Below, one piece after another: positions 1 to 10,750 of a stretch of 64,000 nt of DNA. Both the position numbers and the translations under genes were made by a program. Each line of letters opens with the position of its first letter. Position 1 is the first letter of the stretch. Origin of the DNA: Adineta vaga (taxonomy: Eukaryota; Animalia; Rotifera); assembly GCA_021613535.1 (NCBI GenBank), contig CP075497.1:8742001-8806000 (forward strand). Direction: 5' to 3'. The notes beneath the pieces were generated by a model. It did not search any database. It saw nothing but the letters and a program-made list of their open reading frames with translations, and was not told the origin of the DNA.

Positions 1-2271
1 TTTGGTTGACTCTAGGTATTGATGCATTGTATAATCGTATATGGAATCGACCATCATTATCATCCGTCAAATGGTTGCATCTACTAGTAGCTGTGGGTGC
101 TATTCTATCGACATTGATGCTTTTTCCATCGACTGTTCCGAATAATGATGAAATTTTATCAACAACAACCTCACTACGTAAGTTATTGAATTTTTTTTCT
201 GAAAATTAAACTAAAAATTTGAATGTATTGTTTTGTATTAAAGCATCTCATCGACCTCGTCGAGAAGCTGCAGTTGATATGGCATCTCTTCTGGCTTCAA
301 TGGCACTAACAGATAACAATGATCCTGTTAAAAATATCACTGATTCACCAAATTATTTAAATAGCACGAATATCACGGATGATTTTGCATCAACAGTAAC
401 AATGAGTACCATAGGAAAACCTGTTATGAAACCATCAGTAGTTGATACAGAGAATTTAAAACAATTGAAGGTGATTAAACCTGCAAGTAAAACCGATTCA
501 CCAGATGCAAAAACAACATGTATTAAAACATTTTGTTGTTATCATCGTAATGTTACAAATCTTAACGGAACAACTAGTACCACTATTAATAATGATCCAT
601 TTACTTGCAAAGAAAAAGATGATAAACAATTGATTGATTGTAACAGTGTTCTATTATCTTGTACGACATCAACATCACATTTTTGTTTCGTTGAAAACAC
701 ATATATTCAATGTCGAATTGATCAAATTTGTATAAATGATAAAAATTTAGAATGCTCAATACCATTAATCGAAACTGCTATTAATGCCAGTAGTACAACA
801 ACAGTTCTCACTAAATCTCCATCAACTATAATAACAACAGTAACAACTTTACCAGCAACAGTTTCGTTATCAACAACTACATCAACAACTACATCAACAA
901 CGACGACAACGACAGTAACAACAACAACAACAACAACAACAACAACCACAACTACCGTAACGAGTACGTTTTCGAAGAAACTTTTTATTGAAGAATGTCC
1001 TTCCATAGCTTTGTAATCTTTATCTTACTGCGCTGGATAAAAGATCATGATACGATATATCTTATATATGAATCTTTTCATTTTTAGCATCAACTACGAC
1101 AACTACACTTCCCCCACCGAGTACAACTACAACTCGTCGTAATAAACCATCTGTGGCTGAATCAGATATTGATGATCTCTCAGAAAATTTATTCTATAAA
1201 AAACTTCACTTATTTTTCCAATCAATAACATCGATTCATTTAATTTATTTATTTATTGCATTTGTATTTTTTCTTTTGGGAATATTCTATTCAACATTAG
1301 CAATGCGTGGCGACGGAATTCATTCTTCGTCACCTAAACCTACACGAGTAAATCCTTTATCATTATTATTTGGTAATTCTCATCGAATAGCAACAAATTC
1401 TCATACTCATTTATCATTACTATCAGATCGATCGTCACTTAGATTTGTTCTTCTTCTTATCCTATTCTATTTTCTTATGGCAGGAATCGAAAGTTCATGT
1501 ACTTATTTAACTTATTTATTTGGTCTTCAATTAACATTTACACAACATCAAAGTTTAATGATTCAATTTCTATTTTTCATTGGACTTCTTTTCGGTCGTT
1601 TAATTGATATGTTTATGGACTATGGTTGTTTCCTATTCAATACTCGAATAACAACACGAACGAAAAAACAATCCGATCGATTTCATTTAATATCAATTAA
1701 ATTTTGTATACTTATTCGTTTAATTCTATTATTTATTTTCTGTTCTACATTAAGTTTTTCACATTTATTTCAAGAAAATTCTCCAACAAAATCATCCAAT
1801 CCATCGATACAAATGTTTTATTTCATTTTCTTTCTTATTGGTTTATTAATTGCATCTATTCCAACATTAATCTTAGTTTGGATTGAACGTGATTTAAGTT
1901 TAAATGAATCACTTATGCAAATGATTTTCATAACAATAACAATAAGTGAAACAATCTTTCCATCTTTTCTATTTTATATTATCAAACATCGTGTTCGATC
2001 TTATTTATTTTATTTATTTCTTGGTTCATGTTTATTATTAATCTTATTTGTATTTATTTTATATATAAGTAAACGATGGCAAAGAAAGAAATTATATCGA
2101 ATATTACCAACAAGTTTAGCCATGGATGAAATTGATATTGATAATCATTCGGATTACGAACTAGAAGAAGAACAAGAACAAGAGAGTTTCATTCAAAATG
2201 GTCGAATGAATTTGAATGAATCAAAATTAACATTTGATAATGAACGAGCAAAAGGATTAAAAGGACATTGA
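1..2271 (+). CDS. MFS transporter (MFSD4-like), 5'-truncated, with a large Cys-rich and Thr-rich loop
   Basis: Exons <1-177, 244-963 and 1088-2271 join in frame through GT-AG introns (178-243, 964-1087). Multiple hydrophobic TM segments. FYFLMAGIESSCTYLTYLFGLQ resembles the MFSD4/FucP-type TM7 motif. Stop at 2269-2271. Confidence 0.65.
870..960 (+). repeat. (ACA/ACT)n trinucleotide tract encoding poly-Thr
   Basis: Directly visible; explains the antisense poly-Val ORF 722-1006. Confidence 0.9.
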
Positions 2272-2671
2272 TAGAAACGATACATATATGTATTTATCTC
2301 GTATGTTTTGTTGTGAATATTTAACGAAAGAAGAAAAAATGTCTTCCGTTTGTTTTGTTTTTCGGCACCGGTGGAAGTTACTGTTTTCATTATGTTTCTC
2401 TTTTTTGTTATGCAGAAAAATAAAGAATACATTTGATTTTGTGAATATATTCATGTGTCATCTTTTCCCACTTATCAGAAATGTAAGATATTGGATGATA
2501 TTGAATGTTGAAATTATTTTCAGAATAGTTTATTTACTTTTCTTGAAGGTAAACGAAAAGAAAAAGAATGAGGGACGATGATTGGTAGGAACAAGCCAAA
2601 AAAAAAAAGAGTTGTGTTTGTATAAAAATCATTTTGCTTTTCGATTTATATTTTGAAAACAAAAACGCAAC

Positions 2672-3697
2672 ATGTCTCGACAAAAGCGTTTTTTAACCGT
2701 CGCTAGTCTTTTTTCTATTTTATTCGTACTTTCTTATTATTTAATCTTATATAGTAATATCAATAAAAAATCTATGATCATTTCGAAACCTCCACCCTAT
2801 CGAGGTTGTATTCTGGCATTAATTCGTAGTGATAATCTCGTTGGTTTAAATCGATTACTCAACATGCTGAATTCTTTAACTCTTTTCTTTCGAAATATTC
2901 ATCAATATCCAATTTTTCTCTTCCATGAACCAACATTAACCAATGACACAAAAAAACAAATCTTATTTTGTTCATCAAAATTAAATATTCATTTCTATGA
3001 AATCAATTTTAATATTCCCATTGCATCAAATCGATCGGGTTATGCATCGATGTGTCAATTTTGGTCCTATGATATTTGGTTTAAATATAATATTCTTCAA
3101 AATCAATGTGATTATGTGATGAGATTTGATGATGATTCTTATCTAACAAATTTCACGGAACATGATCTATTCGAAGAATTTCATCGAAAACGATTAGATT
3201 ATGCTTTTCGAATTGTCTATCATGATAATAACGGAATAGATTTTATTCGAGAAAATCTTCGAGTATTTCTAGGAACAAATCAGAGTCGACATGGATGTTT
3301 AGAATCATTATGTACACCTTTGAATGGTCCACATGGTTATGATGGTTTAGCTGTTTATAATAATTTTTTTGTTATGCGTCTTAATTTAATGTATGAACAT
3401 CCTATTATTGAACAATATTTAAAACAATTAGTATTAAATCATGCATTTTATCGGTATCGAGTTGGCGATGCAAATATTCAAACGATATGTTTATTATTAG
3501 TTGAAAAGTCATTAAAAATTTCTGCTCTGAAGTTTCCGTATGCTCATAATGTACATGGTGCATCGGATGTAAATCCATCCTTTACTTATTTTGATAGTGT
3601 TGCATTTATGTGGCATTGGACAATGAAAACGCCTAATGCTACATGTAAATCATTATTTATTGCCACCAAATATCAAATTATAGGAAAAACTCTTTGA
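2672..3697 (+). CDS. Glycosyltransferase family 15 (Kre2/Mnt1-like alpha-1,2-mannosyltransferase), type II membrane protein, intronless
   Basis: N-terminal signal-anchor. GYASMCQFWS matches GT15 SYRHMCRF. DYVMRFDDDS lies at the metal-binding site, YNNFFV matches WSNFEI, and FYRYRVGDANIQ matches FFYERWGDAPVH. Confidence 0.8.
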   Translation: MSRQKRFLTVASLFSILFVLSYYLILYSNINKKSMIISKPPPYRGCILALIRSDNLVGLNRLLNMLNSLTLFFRNIHQYPIFLFHEPTLTNDTKKQILFCSSKLNIHFYEINFNIPIASNRSGYASMCQFWSYDIWFKYNILQNQCDYVMRFDDDSYLTNFTEHDLFEEFHRKRLDYAFRIVYHDNNGIDFIRENLRVFLGTNQSRHGCLESLCTPLNGPHGYDGLAVYNNFFVMRLNLMYEHPIIEQYLKQLVLNHAFYRYRVGDANIQTICLLLVEKSLKISALKFPYAHNVHGASDVNPSFTYFDSVAFMWHWTMKTPNATCKSLFIATKYQIIGKTL

Positions 3698-4229
3698 CAA
3701 AAATAAAAATGAATAGAAGTGTTATATTAAAGTTTAGTCGAGAAGTACTACCGGCAGGTGCTGGTCCACATTCAGCAATAATTGAAGCTGATCGTTGCGT
3801 ACATTGCGATAAATATTTATCCGTACATTCTTTTTGACATAAATCACATTTTTCAACAATGATATCACCTTGGTGAACTGCGCTACAAGGAACACCAACA
3901 CAACATGAACATTTACATTGAACTGGACCATTTAGAATAGTTGTGGTTGGTGGAATCATAGTCGTTTTAGAATCCATAAGACACAAACCTTCAGCAATGC
4001 TATCAGCTTGATTGCATTGAGTTGGATATTGTTGTTTACATTTTCCCGTACAAACAGTTGTTAGATCATCAGCAGGACAATTATCGATAGTTGCATTACC
4101 AATCGTATTCACTTGACAATCGTCATTACCAGGCTCTTTTGTACAGCATTGACATTGACAATAGTCACTTTTTGATAGAGAGACAGTTTGGATAAAGATA
4201 AATATCGTAAATAGAATGCTAGCTTTCAT
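3678..4229 (-). CDS. Secreted/GPI-like protein with two 10-Cys domains (paralog A)
   Basis: ATG at 4229 (MKASILFTIFIF signal peptide), two CxCxCC...CxxxC...C domains, hydrophobic C-terminus. Confidence 0.8.
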   Translation of the reverse strand: MKASILFTIFIFIQTVSLSKSDYCQCQCCTKEPGNDDCQVNTIGNATIDNCPADDLTTVCTGKCKQQYPTQCNQADSIAEGLCLMDSKTTMIPPTTTILNGPVQCKCSCCVGVPCSAVHQGDIIVEKCDLCQKECTDKYLSQCTQRSASIIAECGPAPAGSTSRLNFNITLLFIFIFVKEFFL

Positions 4230-4491
4230 ATTGCGTCGATTACAAATGAATATTATGAAAGTAAAAATTAGTTGATAAGTGTACTTTGTTGATTTAGATA
4301 ACACTTTGTCAATCTGAATGATAACGTTAACAAACAAAGATCTATTAGATGTTTTTATTTTATTTTTAAAATATTACCCAGTCAAAAAAGAGAAAACTAT
4401 TATTGACATTCTTGTATATTCAAACAATAAAAGAAAAAACAATGTTTTTTTCTTGTTTGTAAAAGAAATTTGTTTTTATTAATTGAGAACT

Positions 4492-5349
4492 TTAGGACAT
4501 CATTCGATTGATTACAGCAATCGAAGAGATGAGAAGAGTAGAAATCATTAATGAACTTTGTTGAATATTTAATGCACCACTATGATGAGACGTTGTGCTA
4601 GTTTTCTTTGTGGCAGACGTTGAAGTAGTACTGGATTGTGTTGATGTAGTTGACTGAGGTGAACTTGTTTGTGATGAAGTTTGACGAGTGCTGCTACTAC
4701 TACCAGTGCTACCGGTAGATAATGTTGTCGTTACGGTTGATGACGATGAGCCTGTTGAACCAGTGCTACCAGTTGAAAGTGTTGTAGAACCAGTAGTAAC
4801 AGTGATGGTTATATTTTTAGCTGTTGTCGTTGATGGGAGAGTTGTTGAAAGTGTTGTCACAGTAATTGTAATATTTTTTGTGCCAGGACTTGTTATACTA
4901 GATGTTGTGAGCGTTGATATTGTAGTAGAATCTGTTGTGGAAGTAGTTGATTCGGTAGATGTTGTGGATGCAGTTGAATTTGTCGGCATTGGCCATGGTG
5001 TCGATGGCGTTGTAGATGGTGTACTCGCAGTTGAACTGGTGCTTGTCGATACTGTTGATGAAGTCGATGCTGTAGTACTCGTTGCAGTTGAGGTACTATC
5101 CGTTACTTCTTGACATTTTCCTTCTACATCTCCTGTAGATACACTGCCACATGATAGAGGAAACTGCTTTTTGCATGCTTGTGGGCATGCATCGTTAGCG
5201 CACGATGGAATTTGGAGACTACCTTCCTCAATAGGATCACAGCCCTTACCGTCACAGCAGTAGCATGTACAAATGTCGTATGCTTTTGTATGAGATATGT
5301 AAATAGCTGCCAATAGACCAATACATAAAACGACGTATCTATTCAACAT
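4492..5349 (-). CDS. GPI-like surface protein: 10-Cys domain plus Ser/Thr mucin stalk (paralog B)
   Basis: Signal peptide, ICTCYCC domain, ~190-aa S/T stalk, HHSGA plus hydrophobic tail. Intronless CDS. Confidence 0.85.
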   Translation of the reverse strand: MLNRYVVLCIGLLAAIYISHTKAYDICTCYCCDGKGCDPIEEGSLQIPSCANDACPQACKKQFPLSCGSVSTGDVEGKCQEVTDSTSTATSTTASTSSTVSTSTSSTASTPSTTPSTPWPMPTNSTASTTSTESTTSTTDSTTISTLTTSSITSPGTKNITITVTTLSTTLPSTTTAKNITITVTTGSTTLSTGSTGSTGSSSSTVTTTLSTGSTGSSSSTRQTSSQTSSPQSTTSTQSSTTSTSATKKTSTTSHHSGALNIQQSSLMISTLLISSIAVINRMMS

Positions 5350-6322
5350 TTTTAATAACCTAATAAATAGAAAGAATTTATGAAAGTGTCAAACAAGATC
5401 AGTTTAATTTATACTGTTGTTCTAGTAGTGCACTATAATAATACAAAGATATGATGTAAGAAAGAAAACATAGAAACGAAAGATTTTATCAGTGTTTTTC
5501 TCTCATAAAATACAACGACAAAATGAAAATTATAGAACTCATTCTTTTTTCTCAAGCGAGAAGACAATATTAACTACATAGTCATCACTAGAACTGACTA
5601 ACAGTCATTTCATTTCGACGTCAAAATATTCCGAAATAACATGAAAATCATGCATACACTAGCTGGCATTATCTTTTGTAGTTTGAAATTTTCATTTTGT
5701 TTATCAATGTTCCTTACTTGCTGTGTTTATGACAAAGATAAATAAGTCCAAAAATAATAGTTGTATCTTTCAAATTGCACTTTCACAATTTATCATGACG
5801 GTTTCTATAGAACTTATCTCATCTCTATCTTATTCAATATCAAAACGAATCGAGTAGTATGATTGTGACTGAAAATAAAAGATACGACAACTACAACAAA
5901 CTTAATTCATTTGCATATCAGTGCTGTTATACATTATTTGTCACTTTTACCATCGTAGTACTACTTTAACTGTTAGTATTTGATTTATATATATATATAT
6001 ATAAAGGTAACAACACGAATCCATATATTCTAGAAAACAAATCAATTGTTAGTATAGCATATCTTAGCGTATGATTAATTGAGCGTTCAGAATGATATCA
6101 CTCTTCAATAAGAATTTATTAGATTACTCATAAAAGTATACAGAACTAGTTTTTTTTGTTATGAAACACTTATATCAATAATGCAATGGTTATCTAAATA
6201 ATAAGATAATACTGCATTCTTATGAAAATTATAAAAACATGTTATTGATTGTTTGTAGAGGAAAAATATAGAGGGTTTTTTTCTTGTTTATAAAAGCACT
6301 TTATATTCATTGATTGAAAATC

Positions 6323-6991
6323 TCAACACATTGTTTTGGTGATTGAAACAACTGAGGAGATCAGAAGGGCAATTACCAATAAACTTTCACGAATATTTGA
6401 TGCACTGCCACGAGCAGAAGTAGTACTAGCTTTTGTAGAAGTCATTGTTGGTGATGATTTAGTAGACGATGATGAAGTCGTATTACTGCTAGCGGTAGTA
6501 ACTGAAGTTGAAAGTGTAGTAGAACCAGTAGTGACAGTGATTGTTATATTTCCAGTTGATGTACTTTGACTTGCTGTGGTCGTTGTCGATATTGTGGTAG
6601 ATGAAGTATTTTGAGATGTTGATGTAGGCCATGGTGTTGAAGGAGTAGTTGTCGTTGTGGTAGTAGATGTAGTTGTTGTTGTGGTAGTTGATGTAGTTGT
6701 CGTTGTAGTAGTTGATGTAGTTGTCGTTGTGGTAGTTGATGTTGTAATCTCTTGGCAAGGTGTTGAAACTTGACTAGTAGTCGGACTGTCACAATCAGCT
6801 GGATACCGTTGCTTGCAAGCATTATAGCAACTCAATCCCGCACAGGTGTCAACTTGTACTGTACCTATTGGACGAGGTATGCAAGCTGCTCCATCACAGC
6901 ATAAACATGTGCAAATACCATAACCGTTAGCGACGGGTACATACACCGCAGCTATAAGACTAGCAATTAGGAAGAAATATTTCAAAAGCAT
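6323..6991 (-). CDS. GPI-like surface protein: 10-Cys domain plus Thr stalk (paralog C)
   Basis: ATG at 6991 (MLLKYFFLIASL), ICTCLCC domain, 24-bp tandem repeats encoding STTTTTTT. Shares TPSTPWP and NITITVTTGSTTLST with paralog B. Confidence 0.85.
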   Translation of the reverse strand: MLLKYFFLIASLIAAVYVPVANGYGICTCLCCDGAACIPRPIGTVQVDTCAGLSCYNACKQRYPADCDSPTTSQVSTPCQEITTSTTTTTTTSTTTTTTTSTTTTTTTSTTTTTTTPSTPWPTSTSQNTSSTTISTTTTASQSTSTGNITITVTTGSTTLSTSVTTASSNTTSSSSTKSSPTMTSTKASTTSARGSASNIRESLLVIALLISSVVSITKTMC

Positions 6992-7555
6992 CTTCAATTT
7001 CTTTGAAGTACTGAAAAAGAAGTCTGGGTTAAAAATGAATCGTTCGAAATAGAGTCTCAAAAGTAACTTTTATCTAACAAATATTAGAAAGAGCAAAAAA
7101 AAGAGAGAGATAAGATCTATTTCGAATCGTAATAAACAAAAAAAAAACAGCTCCTCTTCTTTGTCGTTGTTACAGAGAATACAGATACATAATATTACAA
7201 TGCGAATTTATGATAAGAATGAGCGAAATCGATGTTTCATTTTTTTATATTACTTGATTTAAAGGTGTTCTAATCTTCGATTAGTAAAGATTTTAAAATG
7301 CATATTCACATGTGTTATAGATTATTTTCATCCGATTTCGAGAAAAGAATGATTTTTTTATCACCAAACTTGTCTACATATACGTGTTCAAATGAGATAT
7401 GTATGAATACGGACGTTTATTGACGAGGATATAAGACAAATCTAAGCATGAAATATTTATTCTTATTTTCGTAAAAAGAGAAAGAGATGGAAGAAGAAGA
7501 AGAAGAAAAATTTTTTTTTTCTTCTTAAATTAAAAGATAGATCATTAATCACTGT

Positions 7556-9310
7556 CTAACATCTGGCAAGAACTTCTCCATTTTGAATATATAAATAAAG
7601 TCGTTGATCGATGGGTAAAGAAACAGGTAATGAAACTTGCCGATGTCGTGGTAATCTATCACGTCGTGATTCTCGTTGTTGTATTGATGAATATGTTTTT
7701 GCTGATAAAACACTTTCATTTGGTGATAATGTTGAATAGTGTTCAACATAAGATTTTTGTAATGAATCAAGATAGACTTGTTCATGTTGAAGATCATCTA
7801 ATGGTTCAATTGTTGCTACTGCTTTAACTTGTTTAAGATTATTTGGATTAGTATCCAATGTTCGATTAGCATGAATACGAATATTAAGTTTCGATTGATA
7901 TGGTAAACTAGCATTGAGTGAAATACGTTGACCTTGTTTTGTAGTAATATTCGCATCCGAATGATAATAATTTGTTTGATTTTCTTGTTCAAATAGATGT
8001 TGACTAGCTGAACGACGTGATGGAAGTGTTAATTGTTGATCATTCCAATGAACATTTCGTCCATGTGATTGATAACGTGGAATAGTATCATGTATATAAG
8101 ACATATTAGCAGCTTCTTCGTCTAAATGAACACTTACGTGCCGATGATTTTGATGAGTTGGAGGATGAAGAAAGAATTGTACAACACTTGTTTGTGGAGA
8201 TATAGATCTTGGTGGATCGAATGCAAGTTCAACAGAACTTTTCGGTGTACTTGCACTATCGGATGTTAATGAGCAACACGATGAAGATGAACGAATTGGT
8301 ACACCACTATCACGTGATGAAGGCGTTGTTGTTCGAAATAATTCGGTTTGTGTTTGATGAAGAACGTCAAGTTCTTGTAATTTGGTTTGCAAATCGTTAA
8401 AACGTTCTCTAAATGAATAAAAATTTTAAAAAGTTTTTTTTTCAGATTTATTTAATTAGAGAAAGAAAAAGATGATGATAATATCATTGAAAATAAATAC
8501 ATACTCGAAATCAGCATAGGAAAAAAGATTGATCAAGGTATAGAACATATTGTTACTAGTTGGATATAAGTATGAATTTGTCATTTATAAAGAAGAATTT
8601 CTCTTTTTTTTGTTGTGTATCATATTTATGAGAGACAAGAATAAGAGAACGTGTCATAAAACAATTTATGATATTTTAATGTTAACATGTATATGTCTAT
8701 GTGTAATTTAATGATTATTCTATTCAAATTATGTGGTTGACTGAGCTTGAAACAAGGTCTGTGAATAGAACAAAAAAAACTGTTCAAATGTATTTCATTG
8801 ATGATGTTCATAGGTCATCGATATGTTGAAGTAGTTTAGATTAGTTTCGATTTCTAAGAAGACATTCAAATCTCGAAACCGGATATGATTGAAAGAAAAA
8901 AGAAGAATGTCCTTCGAATAGTTAAAGTGTGAACTCTATCTATCATCGGTTCTCATTCGTGTTCGTACGTGCGTGTGATAAATCCATTCATAAGAGAGAG
9001 AGAGATGGGGAAGAAAAGAATTTTATTCTTTAGTATACAACGAGAAAAAAGGTCGGATGTCAGTTTACCTTTAACTTAGATATTATTTCATGCTCTAAAG
9101 AAAGAGTTTCGTTTTTTTTTATTCTCATAAAGATGATTACTTGATAGCATCGTCTTTTCGTCGAAGTTCATTATAACGTTGATACGAATGAAAAAGTCGG
9201 TCAAATGTTGACGACCATTGTTGTTGATCATTATTTGTCGATATTATATTCGAGTTCTGTTGTTCAAATTTAGCAATATCTTCAACATCTTCTTGATCCA
9301 ATGGATGCAT
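7556..9310 (-). CDS. Uncharacterised protein with N-terminal coiled-coil and long disordered region
   Basis: Exon 9310-9141 (MHPLDQEDVEDIAKFE...) splices in phase 2 to exon 8408-7556 (KERFNDLQTKLQEL...YLYIQNGEVLARC*). Confidence 0.6.
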
Positions 9311-9437
9311 CTCACTCGTTGCTGTTTCGTTACTTTATATTTCAAAAAATGAATACGAGAATATCATAGATAGAGCAGGATAGAAAGAATGAACACAAGA
9401 CGAAAGAATGGAAGAAAGACAGACAGAACAACACGTA

Positions 9438-9468
<31 letters not shown>

Positions 9469-10750
9469 ATACGTACACAACGTGAGTAAAGTTAAATACA
9501 CAAATATGAACACTATATATATGTTTAGTTCCACTATCGTTTTTTATTACCCACCTGTCCGATATCGATCGATACGATTGGCGTCATTGACCCTTTCTCT
9601 CTCTCTCCGTGTCTCTTTTTACTCTCCCTCTGTCTCTCTTTTCCTTTCAATGAAATGCGATAAGATAACAGATAGATGAAAAATGTACATACATTAACCA
9701 ATTCAAAACCTACTGTATTGAAAAGCCTGGTATAAATTACATCATATATCTCATCGTTTGTTGAAGTCAAGTATCGGTATTTTTTTTATAATAATACTGC
9801 ATGCATATATCATCATATAAAGTTTAATATATATATATATATATGAATGTACTTAATCAGTCCTTATATCTTACCTCAATTGTTGTTCTTGACGGTTTTT
9901 TTTATGTTGTTACCACAGTATGGAATCGGATTATGATTGTTTGCACACCTATTATACTTTCTGATTTTTGTTTCTCTCTTACTCGTTGTACTTATTTTTG
10001 CTTATAAACGTTTTCAATGCAATACTCAATTGAGAAGTTTACGTGTCTATGTATATATGTACGTGTGTGTGTATGCGCGTGAGTGAGTGAAGCCGTAATT
10101 CATTCAATAGAGATACGCACAAAAAAGTCGAGACGAGAGGGAAGAAGGAAGAAGAAGAAGCCATCAACACTGTTGGTTACCTATTTCATTTCGTTTTTTT
10201 TTTCATATCACTATCACTCGACAAAGGGCTTGGGCGGATCGTTTTTTTTCTATTTGGTCCATCGAATCGAAAATGAAGAAAAGAAATACGAACGCTAAAG
10301 AGAAAGAAAAATTACTCTAGACAAAAAAGTGAAAGGTGTCGATAGGTTTTGTATATATGATATCTCGAAAAAATATTAGTGAAGTAAACTATCTACGATG
10401 ATCAAATCTTTCGGTATTGTTTGTCTAGACAAATAGAATCATAGACATATAGACATATGTCCATTTGTCTTCAGACGAGACTTTTCTTTTTATAAAGAAA
10501 AATGACAAATAAAAATTGTAACAGTTTCTGCCATTGAAAAAAAAAACAAGAATTTGTGGAATATGAAATCTAATCGATATGTATATTCAAATTTCCGATA
10601 AAGTACTCTCGTAAATGATGATATAGGCTTGTTGTTATATCAGAATGCTATGAAAACAGTAAACAAGCAAGTAACACGCAAAAGTTTAATCAAAAGTTTT
10701 CTTTCGGGCTTTCGATTATGGGTTGTATTGAATCGTATTAATCGAAACGA

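Noticed and set aside
722-1006. Antisense poly-Val ORF (similarly 4688-5113 and 6336-6822)
   Set aside because: Shadow frames of Thr/Ser-rich coding repeats on the opposite strand or in another frame.
9389-10298. Several 70-100 aa ORFs upstream of the 7556-9310 gene
   Set aside because: Built from (TA)n, (CT)n and A/T runs typical of promoter/UTR sequence, with no protein-like features.
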